Source: Malacoraja senta (taxonomy: Eukaryota). Taken from it: a stretch of 64,000 bases of DNA. Shown in pieces: positions 26,704 to 38,451 of this stretch. The stretch is taken from contig CM075988.1 of NCBI GenBank assembly GCA_038087875.1, positions 11,472,001-11,536,000 on the forward strand, written 5' to 3'. Position 1 is the stretch's first letter. Every line of letters starts with the position of its first letter. The notes beneath the pieces are model-generated. The model made no database searches. It was not told the DNA's origin and saw only the letters and a list, made by a program, of their open reading frames with translations. The position numbers and the translations under genes are program-made.

Positions 26704-28751
26704 AGCCATGATGTGACGTACGGCTCAGGATTCCATTGAAACAGAGGAGGTCTGTGTAGTTTAACAAACATGTGCTAATACATGATTTATGAGAAATCTT
26801 GAGCGTTGGTGTTATTATCAAGTTCATGTGACTGAATCCCCTCTCACACTCAGCAGTACTAATAGGAATAACTTGTGAACAGCTCAGTAATGGGCGTATA
26901 TCTTGGGGAATGCGGCGTCCACAATTCTCCACATAATCTCTGAAGGCATTTATTACAGAGGAAGAAGAAAGCTTAAACCACTTACAGAGAGATGATATTG
27001 CAGCTTCTCCATAATTAGGTGGTATTTCAGCAGACCAACAGCATTTATCAAGGATACACAATTCATTCAGCAGGGACTTATACATATTATGAGGTTCAGA
27101 AGAATGAGAACCTTTCAAGGATGTTGTTTTGAAGTGCCAGTAAATGATCAGAATATGGTCTGTCATTCCGAGCAAAGTCATATGCAGAACGAAAAATTGA
27201 ACAAATTGCCTTTAGATGCGAAGCGTTCATGGTGTCACCTAATTTTCCAAGAGCATCTTCACTAGCTTTATTTTCAACACATAGAGCAGCAGTGTGAGCT
27301 TTAGATAGTTTGTGATCAACTATATTTTTTTCTGAGAGACTTCAAGCGTGTACTTCGATCGGGTCCATAATGGGATACATTTCCCATTCATTTGACAGCC
27401 TCAAACCCTAAGAAGTGAAAAGTGTCAGGTGCTTAAGTTTGCACACACTTTACACCCAAGCTTATCATTCTTGAAGTCTAACCAGGGATAAGTTTCTTTC
27501 TTTTTCTTCCACATTTCTTCAGTCCAAACACCTGAATAGGGATACAAGCCTGACTTTGAAACATCATTACTTTCAGAACTACATTTGGACCCGGTTAGAA
27601 AATTTGAACTAGGAGCAAACGAAACACAGCTTTAGTCACTTTTACTATTATCAGTCGCTTGTACGTTATTCTTGTCGCATTCCTCAGCTTGTTAACGAAA
27701 GAAAGAAGTTAACATTGTTTGCGTAGAAGCCATAGGGATGTTAGTCAGAAAAATTAACTTTAGTATTAGAGAGTAATCTATGGTGCGGCGCGGACTACCA
27801 CAGATGTAGCATTACTAATACGACTGAGTCAGAGCAGACAGCAGGGCCCGCAACGCTTAGCAGTGTTGTTAAACTGCAGTTATAAAAGTAACAGAATTTA
27901 CCGAAATAAAGCAAATAAGTTTCTTTGCATTTTAGCCACCTAAATTGGAACCGACTCAACCACGTAATCAAGTATGAAAAAAAAAAATCTAATGAACTAT
28001 TGCTAAAGCCACGAATATCGCAGAATATTAGTATCAAAAGCGGTAGGTTGGCAACACTGGCTCGTACAGTTTCTCTCGCAGAAATGTTTGGACAGGAAGT
28101 GTCCGTGTCAATACTCATAATATCCTCACACGTGGGGTATGTTTAGAAGACCAATACAAATCCTCTTTCGTTTTTAGATATATAAGAAGTTAAGGAAGGT
28201 TGAATCTTTACATCAATTATCTTATCTACCCCAACCTTTACTTCCGTAACATCCCCTTTATTTAATATGCGACCGCTGTTAAATTCCCCGCTGTTTATTT
28301 TGGCTATCAGGCGGATAGATTCTTCTTGGTAGTAGAAGTGAGAATTTCAAGGGGCAAGAGGGTTTTATTGGCAGATGTCCTGAAAGGGGACAATGAGATT
28401 CTAACTTGCAGCAATTTCAATTTCCTTGCGTAAATTCAGATTTGGTTCAGATTCTCTATTTTAAAATATCCCTCCTTACAACCGCAGCGGGTCAGCGGGT
28501 GAATATTCTAAACTAAAGCATCAGTATAAAGTATTCACCTCCAAAGCGGCCCTGGAATATCTGAGAATCTCCCCCAACTAAACGCCATCTCTTTCCCCCT
28601 CTTGCGCAGTTAGAGCAACTTTGCACTAAATTCATCAACCAAATATCCGAGCGCACGGTTTCTCTATTCCAAAGTTCTACCCACCCTGTTGCTCCCAAGG
28701 CAGAGGTACCAGAACGGCACTCCGGTGAGCTTCGGCAGCACTGCATCCCTG
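26704..28751 (-). mobile_element. Duplicate copy of the hAT element
   Basis: Identical ORF at 26669-27181. Confidence 0.85.
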
Positions 28752-29430
28752 CTCCTATCCTGACTTGCTGAGTTACTCCAGCACTTTGGTCCTTTTGTGT
28801 AAACCAGCATCTTGTTTCTACAGTGAAAGAGTCAATCTCTTCTTGAACCATGGATACTGGAGAAGATTTGGATTACTAAAGTACCTTATATAAATGCAGG
28901 ATATCTCAAAATGACATCTTTCTGAAGTGTAGTCACTGTTGAAAACGTGCGCTGGAGAGCTCAGATGACCTCATATTCAGATAGCCTGGGGCAACCTTCA
29001 CTCCTGTTGCCTCAATTCGAGGCCGAAATGTGAACGTTTGAAATGTCAAGCAAGATTCAGAATGACATTCAGAAATTGTGGCAGCTTGTCCAAGTAATCA
29101 GAATTCTGAATTTCATAGAGTCAGAGAAAGAATCCCTTCAGCCCATCTTGCCATTCTGTGCTAATCTCAGTACTCTGCATTAGTTCCACATCCCTTTGTA
29201 CCTTGCACATTCATGTCCTTGTCCAGGTAACTCTTAAATACTGAAGTTTGAAAAAGGGTCCTGACCCGAAACTTCAACTATCCACGACCTCCAGTGATGC
29301 TGCCTGACCTGCTGAATTACTCCTGCACTTTGTGCTTTTCCCCCTCAAGATTCTAACAATAGCAATTCCTTTTGTCTACCAGTTAAATGTGGTTACTGTT
29401 CCATAAGACCATGACATAGGAGCAGAATAG

Positions 29431-29523
29431 TTTAAGAAAGAACTACAGATGCTGGAAAAATCGAAGGTAGACAGAAATGCTGGAGAAACTCAGCGGGTGA
29501 GTTTCTCCAGCATTTTGTCTACT
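29431..29523. mobile_element. Mini palindromic Penelope-LTR insertion with perfect 14-bp TSD
   Basis: taggagcagaatag at 29417-29430 and 29524-29537; internal inverted arms aaatgctggagaaactc / gagtttctccagcattt. Confidence 0.8.
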
Positions 29524-30669
29524 TAGGAGCAGAATAGGGTCACCAGGCCCATCAAGTGTTCCTGTCTCCACCACCTCTTCCAGCAACTACTCTTTGTGAG
29601 AAATGTTTACTCCTCAGACCCTCTTTAAACCTTTCACTCTCATCTTAAAGTAATGTCCTCAAGTTTTAGAAATCCCATACCATGGGAAACTCGGACTATA
29701 TACCCTATTTAGTCCTCTTAGAATGTTATTTACCTCCATCATGTCACCTCTCAGCCTCCTTCACTGAAACATTCCTATCCTATACATTCTTTCCATATAA
29801 CTCAAGCCATTCAATTAAAACCAGTGAAACCAATTATATGAGACTTGACTTACAGTTCTAGAACACTGCCACAAGATGGCAGGAAGTGCGTGCCTCTGCA
29901 CAGATTTCCAATGATCCAAAGGAAAGTAGCAGCCAAAGTTCCAAGCAAGAATCACAATGCCATTTATTTTTAACACTTTTAATTATTGCTTGACATTTTG
30001 ACCAGATTGTTTCAGAACAATGTTATGTGTAACCTTTCCATGAACCGCACAGCATTGAATTAGAGTAAAATAAGCCTTGCTAAAAGTGACTAAACTATTG
30101 TAAAATGGGCCAATTTTAATATAGATTGATCTGTTGAGAATTAGTCTCAGATCAGAACAACCATCTAAATTGAGTTAATTTTAATAGTGTTTTTATGACT
30201 CGTTGGACAGTGACGAAGTCCCAATAGTGGATCCACACAATTTGAACAGAATTAAAATTTGGTTCTGTTTCATTAAGATAGGGTGTAAAGCAGAATAGAA
30301 ATTACCCATGAATGTGCCTTGGAGCTGTTGTTCTGCATTATATTGTGGGATCCATTCGTGTGATGCAGGTCAAAAGACCTGTCCCTTGATGCCCTTCCAT
30401 GGCAGTAGGATAACTATCTGTATTTGTTTCTTTATCCCTAAATATTTGTGTTTGTGTTTCTCTTATCACTTCACCCATTTCATATTTTTAACGTTTTTAC
30501 TGAATTTTTGATGGCTCACAACAACATATTTTTATTTTCTTTCCATGTCCTGGCTAAAAAGTAATCACGGCCAGAAATGTCTTCATCAACCTTCTGCAAC
30601 ATCCCTGGAGGATATTGCAGAACAGAGAGATTTGGGAGTACAGGTCCATGTTTCCCTGAAAGTGGTGAG

Positions 30670-31220
30670 TTAGGTGGACAGTATTGTGAATAAGACCCTT
30701 GGCACACTTGCCTTCATTGGGAAGGAAATTGGGTATAAAAGATGGGACACTAAGATGCAGCTTACAAGTCGTTGGTGAGACCACACTTGGAGTATTGTGT
30801 GCAGATCTGGTTGCCCAGCAATAGGAAGGATGTCATTGAGTGGAAAGGGTGCAGCAGAAATTATTCTGCACGTTACCAGGACTTGCAGGTTTGAGATGTA
30901 GGGAGAGGTTGGAAAGGCTGGGACCTTTATCTTTGGAGCATAGAAGGCTGAGGGGTGAATTTATTGTGGTGTACAAGATCATGAGGGGCATAATGAAAGT
31001 GAACACTCACAATCTCTTTCCCTGGGTAGAGGCTTTTAAAACTAGAGGGCATAGGCTTAAGTTGAGAGGGGAGAGATTTAAGAGATTTCAGGGTCAACGT
31101 TTTCACAAAGATGGTGGTTGTATTTGGAATCAATTGCACATAAAGGAAATGAGGTCGGAAAGCAACATGGTCAGCATAGACAAGGTGGGCCGAAGGGTCT
31201 GTTTCCGTGCTGTATAGCTC
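30670..31220 (+). mobile_element. Older CR1 3' fragment
   Basis: RPHLEYCVQIW, ERVQQKLFCTLPGL, LEHRRLRGEFIVVYKIMRG, TRGHRLKLRGERFK; 3'UTR gggccgaagggtctgtttccgtgctgta. Confidence 0.85.
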
Positions 31221-31567
31221 TGTGTCTCTCTGACCTGCACACGGTATTATTCCCTGCAGTTCCATCACTTTTTCTTTTCCAAGACACCTGTTTACCAGCC
31301 TAATTTTTCTTCCATATTTCATCTACTTCCTTTACTTTTATATCACCTCTCCCTCACCGGCATTCTGTAATCGGGTCAGAAGGAAAGCTGAACTGGAGAC
31401 TGGGATGTCGGCACTGCTAATATGATGCAGCGAAAAGTTGAGCAGAGTTTACAAGATATGAAACTTGTGTGGTGGAGCCAGATACTCACACTCCACGAAG
31501 AAGCATCCCCGTGAATACTTATATCGGCAAGTCAGAGGTGGCAACGAACCAATTTTCTTCTTTAACA

Positions 31568-32400
31568 TTTCAAGGTTTCAAGGTTCAGTTTATTGTCACG
31601 TGTACCAATTAAGGAACAGTGATATGCGAATTACCATACAGCCATACTAAAAAAAAGTAACAAGACACACAACTACATAAACGTAAACATAAACATCCAC
31701 CACAGCGGATTCCCCACATTCCTCACTGTGATGGAAGGCAATAACGTCCAATCTTCTTCCTCTTTATTCTCCCGCGGTCGGGGTAGTTGAACCATCCGCA
31801 GTTGGGGCGATCAAAGCTCCCGCAGCCGAAGATCGAAGCCCCCACGTCGGGGCGATCGAATCGGGACGGGACGATCAAAGCTTCTGCGGCTTGGAGTTCC
31901 CGAAGTCGGTCTCTAACCAGAGACTGCGAGCTCCACGATGTTAAAATTCGCAGGTTCCCGTGGTAGAGTCCAGAGGTCGATCCCTAGCAAAGGGATCGCG
32001 GGCTCCGTGATGTTAAGTCCACAGGCACCCACAGTGCAGCTCTCGAAGTCAAGTCAAGTCAAATCAAGAGAGTTTATTGTCATGTGTCCCAGATAGGACA
32101 ATGAAATTCTTGCTTTGCTTCAGCACAACAGAATATAGTAGGCATGAATACAGTCTCCAGCAAAGGCTGTCAAATCCTGTTAGGCCGCAGTGAAGACGGA
32201 GCTACGATACGGAAAAAAATCGCATCTCTGTTGAAGTAAGAGATAAGAAAATGTTTCACCCAACTGACCCCCCCCCCCCACCCCCACATAAAACAAGCTA
32301 AAGAACTAAAAACATACATTTAACACATGCGAACAAACAACAAAAGAAGGAAGGGACAGACAGACTGTTGGTGAGGCAGCCATTGCTAGTTCCACCTGGT
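31568..32400 (-). mobile_element. Non-autonomous retroelement with L2/Rex1-type 3' tail and GC-rich internal subrepeats
   Basis: + strand starts tttcaaggtttcaaggttcagtttattgtcacgtgtacc (reverse of a gtgacaataaa plus microsatellite tail); internal repeats of ggggcgatc(a/g)aa(g/t)c. Confidence 0.6.
32046..32151 (-). mobile_element. Short L2/Rex-type 3' tail fragment nested in the element above
   Basis: (aagtc)n tail then tttattgtcatgtgtcccagataggacaatgaaattcttgc. Confidence 0.6.
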
Positions 32401-33492
32401 GAGACCATGTGAGCTTCTGCAAGATGACTGTTTTAACTGCTGGTAAATGGAATTAGTATGGATGGGTACTTTGGTCGGCATGGGCATGATGGGCCGAAGG
32501 TCTTATTTCCATGCTGCATCACTCCATCACAGTTAATTACATTATTAGGTAATGACAGTGGTAGTGAAAAGGAATCTTTCTGTGAGGCTGCAATTCGGAG
32601 ACTTTTTCTTGCGTCGATTGTGATTTAACAATTTAGACATCCTGCAGAAAACAATAAAAAAAATATCGGCAAGAGAGTATAAACATTACCCGAGTTCAGT
32701 GCTCTTGTAGACACTAGTAACCTCTCACTCAACCTGCTATTGGGCAGTCTGGGATTGTGTGAGAAAAGGTACACTACGTTTCCAAGTGCTTGATACCAAT
32801 AACCTTAACAGTTCTGTCGTACATTCTGGCTCCAGGAATAGCAGTCAGGGGTCACAGTCTGTTGTGATTGAATTGATGGAATTTACTGCTGACAACATGG
32901 GACCCTGACTTTTATTTTTCAGCATCAAATTCCAACTCCTGGAAAAGCCACGAGTCAACAGCCTTGGTCACAGCCACCTGTGCTCTGCACCACAGGGATA
33001 GGTGTTGAGCGGCAAGTTAAATATCCATGAATCATCCAGAAGCACTGGATAGAGAATAATCTGTGTTTGCATGGATCAACAGATGAACAAGATCATCTCC
33101 ACGGTTACCAGTTAATTGTTGACACAGTCCTTTCTCCCAGTAGGTGTAAATTCTACTCATTGTGGCGAGGAATGCAATCCCAGCGAGGTGCTATTGTTTC
33201 TGCTTGGCCTGCCAAAGCATCAAATACAACTATTTGTAACAATTAGTAAATAAACTTCTCATCCTCTTGCACGCTGTTAGTGCTGCTGCGGTGAACGGCT
33301 TTGCTCGCTGTAATTAGATCCCGTTTTTAAACTCATCACTTCAACCGGGTATCGATGAATACCCTGATTGATTATTTTTTTTCTTTGCCGTTCACTTTTA
33401 ATGCTGACATCTACGGCTCGTGCCTCTGAAGCGGAAACTTGCAAGTTCAATACCGGAGAGGTGAGAAGATATTCTAGGCTGGAGATGAAAAG

Positions 33493-33855
33493 CCGGAGTA
33501 ACTCAGCGGGACAGGCAGCATCTCTGGAGAGAAGGAATGGGTGACGTTTCGGGTTCGAGACCCTTCTTCAGACTTGGGTCTGAATTGGGAGTTGCACATT
33601 GAAACACTTGGGGAAAGGAAGTACGTGAAAAAATGGATGTCCTTCTTTTCCTCACAAGGTTCTTTGGGCCAGTATTTTGCTCACCACAGCTCACAGACTG
33701 AAGTCTCCAGTCACTCTCAGACTTGGGTCTGAAGAAGGGTCTCGACCCGAAACGTCACCCATTCCTTCTCTCCAGAGATGCTGCCAGTTCCACTAAGTTC
33801 AGCTTTTTGTGTCTATCTTCGGTTTAAATCAGCATCTGCAGTTTCTTACACAAAT
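33493..33855. mobile_element. Palindromic Penelope-LTR element with a central templated insert
   Basis: Left arm ggagtaactcagcgggacaggcagcatctctggagagaaggaatgggtgacgtttcggg..acccttcttcagac and its reverse complement from 33727 onward. Confidence 0.85.
33724..33761 (+). ncRNA. Minimal type I hammerhead ribozyme motif (Penelope-type)
   Basis: tgggt-CTGAAGA-a-gggt[ctcg]accc-GAAAC-GTC-accca: 5-bp stem I, CUGANGA box with one extra A, 4-bp stem II with tetraloop, GAAA box, palindromic ACGU stem III and GUC cleavage triplet. Confidence 0.7.
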
Positions 33856-34029
33856 TCTGCAGTTTCTTACACCTTCTTACACAAATTCTAGGTTGGTGCC
33901 CACTGCAGCGCTGATCTTCAGAGAAGATGTTAAAGCAGTCATCTGTGGAAGATCACATGGTAAAGAAGAATGTAGAGGAGCTCCTCCTGGTGTGCTGGAA
34001 CTAAACTCATCTATCATCAGCATTTGATC

Positions 34030-34200
34030 TATCATTTATCATCAGCCCCATTGCTATTTATGGGAACTTGCTGAGCAGGGAAATTGTTGTCACACTTCAT
34101 GCAATACAATGGTGGCCACACTTCAAAATTAGAATTGGGAGTTGCACATTGAAACGCCCTTGGGGAAAGGGAGTACATGAAAAATGGAAGTCCTTCTTTT
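34030..34200 (+). mobile_element. Ancient Deu-SINE (SacSINE1/AmnSINE1-like) 3' fragment
   Basis: cattgctatttatgggaacttgctgagc...cacacttcaaaa...aagtccttcttt resembles the recalled consensus cattgctgtttgtgggagcttgctgtgc...tacacttcaaaa. Confidence 0.55.
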
Positions 34201-34404
34201 CCTTACAAGTTTATTTGGGCCAGTATTGTGCTCACTAAGCTCACTGACTGAAGTCTCCAGCCACTCTCAAGTCTTACATAAATAGACCAGATATGAAACC
34301 CACTCAGTCCAGTACCAGCGGCACTGGGATGGAAGGTGAAAGTTGTGTGTCTATGACAGGAGGGTTCTGCTTGTGATCCCTTGGGTTGCTAATATGACAC
34401 TCGT

Positions 34405-34740
34405 AGAAACATAGAAAATAGGAGTAAGAGTAGGCCATTCGGCCCTTCGAAACATTCAATGTGATCATGGCTGATCATCCAGAATCAGTACCCTGTTCCT
34501 GCTTTCTTCCCATATCCCTTGATTCTGTTAGCCCTAAGCGCTATATTTAACTCTCTCGTGAATACATCCATTAATTGGCCTCCAATGCCTTCTGTGGCAG
34601 AGTCCACAGATTCACAACTCTGGCAGAAAACGTTTTTCCTCAACTCAGTACTAAATGGCCTACCCCATATTCTTACATTGTGACCCCTGGTTCTGGACTC
34701 CCCCAACATGGGGAAGATTTTTCCTACATCTAGCCTGTCA
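34405..34740 (-). mobile_element. CR1 3' fragment
   Basis: DRLDVGKIFPMLGESRTRGH...IKGYGKKAGTGY* plus 3'UTR and tatgtttc tail. Confidence 0.9.
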
Positions 34741-35039
34741 CACATGTTAGCATGGTAATTTCCACAATCTTCTGTCAATGAGTAATAAAGTAATTTATGA
34801 GTAATTTTGATTGTAGATATCCAGAGCAATGAGGTCCCAAAGATTTCTTGTGAAGTCCAATAGTGTTTTCAACCTTCTGGATCGCAAGTGGGATCGCAAA
34901 ATCCTCACTTGTCTCAGGTTAGGGTCGTGGATGTCACACAAAACAGAGCAATTAAAATACTGTGGATACTTCTCTCCACAACTGTTATTGTTTGTCATGG
35001 GTATTAGAAGACTTCAGAGAGTTGGCAACAAGGTCTAAA

Positions 35040-35387
35040 CGTTTGAACGCTTGGGCAGTTTACAGGCCAATGATGGTATGAATATTGATTTCTCTAACCA
35101 GGTAGCCTCGGCATTCCCTCTCTCTCTATCCCTGCCCCCCACCCAAGTCGCACTAGCTTCTCGTTTTCACCCAACAAACAACTAACAATGGCCTGTTTCC
35201 TTTATCATCGTTACTTTTTTGCACATCTTTCATTCATTGTTCGTTATCTCTCTACCTCATCATCTATATCTCTCATTTCCGTTATCCCTAACCAGTCTGA
35301 AGAAGGGTCTCGACCTGAAACGTCACTAATTTCTGCTCTCCAGAGATGCTACCTGTCCCGTTGAGTTACTCCAGCTTTTTGTGTCTA
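35040..35387 (+). mobile_element. Penelope 3' fragment (endonuclease end plus LTR with hammerhead core)
   Basis: RLGSLQANDGMNIDFS, pyrimidine-rich UTR, cagtctgaagaagggtctcgacctgaaacgtcact; flanked by aacaaggtctaa / aacaaggtttaa. Confidence 0.8.
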
Positions 35388-37835
35388 ACAAGGTTTAAGA
35401 GCTGGACTTGAGACTTCTAAAATGTTTCACCATCCTCGTAACTTGTGTCTTCTGTATTACCCTGGGGGATAATACCTCCATTTTACCAACAACCCACATT
35501 CATAATTAATAGCAAATTCTAAACTATTGTCATGGGTTAAGTAATTGTAGAGTGGTTGGCTTTATTGTTTTCAAAACTGCATTTAATATTTATGTTCAGA
35601 CAACCTTTAAGTTGTTGTTCCTTTTTGTTTTGAATGTTGACTTTAACGTTTTTGTTTGATGTCACAAATACATGTACCATACATTATTGTCTGCAAACTG
35701 ATTTTCTGCGCTCAGCATCCCCTGGGTTCCTCTTTGCATTTCGGCTAAAGTGCTCTCTTTATTCATTTGTCCATAGAATATGAGCCCACCTCTAACTGCC
35801 CCCGTATTGTGTGGCTTCCAAAGCCATTTCAGTGTGTATTGAAGATTCATCACTGTGGGTCCAGGATCATGCACTCGGTTAAGATACAGATTATCTTCCC
35901 TGAATAACTAGAATTAACTGGATGGATTTAGAAAACTTGGTTACCATTGCCGATGTTAGATTTTTATTCTGGCCTTTGGATAAAATCTCCGATGCCCACA
36001 TTGGATTCAAACACTTCCAAATGAAAGGTCCATGCATCTGGAAGCTAATCTAGTCATTCAAGCATTGGGCAACCAAACTGGAATGGGTTATGGCCCAAAC
36101 GCAGGCAAGTGGGACCAGTGCAGATAGAGCATATTGGTCGGCATGGACAAGTTGGGTCGAAGGGCCTGTGGACATGCTGCATGACTTAATGACTCTGTGT
36201 TACTGGTGGCATGAAGCCTTTGCTTTGGTTGTGAGATTAGTTCTGGCATAGTGGTATCACAGGTTGAACATATCCAACAATAAACTGCCAAGATGGACAC
36301 TTTATTTCGAGCTCAGTCACATAAATAGATGAACAGATGGGCAGAGGAATAAAATCATGAATGTGCGGAAAGCTTTCTTGGTCAAAAATGACATCCTCAC
36401 TGATTCCTTTGAATCCGTGGCTGACCACCACTCAAAATGGAGAAAGAGCATTTCATAGATACATAGATACATAGAAAATAGGTGCAGGAGTAGGCCATTC
36501 GGCCCTTCGAGTGGTACGGAGTTCCTCATTCATATAATAGGAGCAGATAAGTCTTCCGTAGGCAGCACCATTCTCACCTACTTGCAACTTTCCCACCTAT
36601 ATATGAGTGTATGGATCCTACTTCAGCAGCTACCTCAGAACCGACAAAACCAAAGGAAAAGCCAATAAATCTCTATGCTCCTCTTGAAGTAAGCACCTGC
36701 CAGATTTGGGATAGCAACACTATGTGATTGTCACCTCATTATTATTTGTTATTATTTATTCCCTTCTCACACATTTTGACAGTCAAGACACAATTATATC
36801 TCATACTGCTTCTGATTATTTGAAGGGTACAAGACAGGCCAGAACCTTAATTTTGATATTAACGTTAATGGAAAACCATGATAGCTAGCGCATGTTATCA
36901 TTCACGCTGGGTTGCTTTGTTATAATTTGACTCGGTGTCTAAATAACTAGAAGTATAAAATAAAAATATGTTTTAATGTAACAAGTGGTTAAGATTTAGG
37001 TCGTGTGGTGAATGCAAATTCTTCAGTAATCGTCAAAAGGGAATTAGATTCATTAATAAAATAAAACTATTGTAGGGGCCATCGATGGAGTGGGGGCCGA
37101 GACAGCCTGGATATCTGTTTGAGAGAGTGGACATAGTTTCAAATGAGAGTGCTCTTGCCTTCTGAGATGTTCTCATCATTTTCCTTGTAGCCACGCAAAA
37201 GTCCTCTTTAATTATCTTAAAGAAGATTCTTAACAGTGTTCAGAAATCCATTGCAAAATGAATAATAAACCTGATTTAAAACAAAAAAAACAATTCATAT
37301 GGTGGAATGCCTGCACCACACCAGTGAATGATAATGTATTGATTATTTGCTGGTGCATTTAATTTTTAACACATTTTCAATTGTTTATAATTGATATGAC
37401 ACTTATATGAGTCGTTTGATGGAATGAAGTGTGAAATGCTGCATGCTGTTCAATTTCATTGACATTTCCTACCACTACACATGCAGAAGACCACAGAGAA
37501 TTTCAATAACCATTTATATTGGGGGGGGGGGGGGGGGGGGGGAAGTCCCCCACATGCAAATTCCAAATGGAATAATCTCCAACAAACCATGAACATTTGT
37601 TGATAGGTTTATGGATTCCAGGCTATCGATCTCTTTTCAGCTTCATCTCACTGCATCGGTGTCAGGTAAGAGAAATACAAAGCAGAAGGTGACAAGAATC
37701 CTTGCAAACACTTAACTGTGATAAATAGGAACCCCTTTCAGTTTCATGGGTCGGCCATTGTCCATAAGATGTGGCTGCCAGATTGTGTAAGAAGATAATG
37801 GAAAGGTATCCATGGATAGCAAACAATTGTATCTT

Positions 37836-38213
37836 TTAATAAAAAGGAACTGTTGATGCTGACTTATACCAAAGAAAGACATAAAATGCTGGAGTAAAGG
37901 GCCTGCCCCACTTGGGCGTCATTTGCGCGTCACGCAGGTGGCGCGTGAAGATTTTGTGAATCCCAAAATCCTAGGGCGCCACGCGCGTCACTGCCCACGC
38001 CACCACGTCTCTCCACGCGCCATGCGTGCGTAATGCATACGTGCGCGTCACAACGCGTAAATGATGTCGCGTAAATGACGCGCAAATGATGCCCAAGTGG
38101 GACAGGCCCTTAACTCAGCAGGTCAGGCAGCTTCTCTGGAGAACATGGATCACCTGTCCAACTTCTCCAGAGATGCTGCCTGACTCACTGAATTGCTACA
38201 ACATTTTGTGTCT
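37836..38213. mobile_element. Palindromic Penelope-LTR element hosting a MITE
   Basis: Arm aaaatgctggagtaa|ctcagcaggtcaggcagc is split by the MITE; inverted arm ctccagagatgctgcctgac; flanking tgtatctttt on both sides. Confidence 0.75.
37898..38110. mobile_element. PIF/Harbinger MITE (213 bp)
   Basis: TIRs agggcctgccccacttgggcgtcatttgcgcgtca / tgacgcgcaaatgatgcccaagtgggacaggccct; TAA duplication at 37895-37897 and 38111-38113. Confidence 0.88.
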
Positions 38214-38451
38214 AACTGTATCTTTTGCTTGACCACCCAAACAATTGTTCATATTGGGGCAAAGTTATTGCAGCATGTAAGGGATTTCTTCTCATGTGGA
38301 TGGCATTGACTTATGAGTTGGCACAAATGGCAGGTCTCCTCTGGCAATGTGAGTTACGAGCTGTAGCACCACTTTAAATCAGGCGCCGGATATTGCAAAT
38401 ATCATATGCAGTGGTAGCCTCCAGATGAAAAGCTGACACAGGGAGTCTCCT

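Larger units (their letters stand above)
17468..28787 (+). repeat. Copy 2 of the duplication; all features in 1-11320 recur here at +17467
   Basis: Starts tttttactacagctctcc at 17468, ends ccagcacttt at 28787 and continues into real sequence (ggtccttttgtg) where copy 1 meets Ns. Confidence 0.97.

Noticed and set aside
37521..37542. 22-nt poly-G run
   Set aside because: Simple homopolymer, prone to sequencing error, with no associated structure.
37636..37666. Possible 25-nt micro-exon (ttttcag...cag|gtaaga)
   Set aside because: Length not a multiple of three, no recognisable peptide; such splice-like pairs arise by chance.
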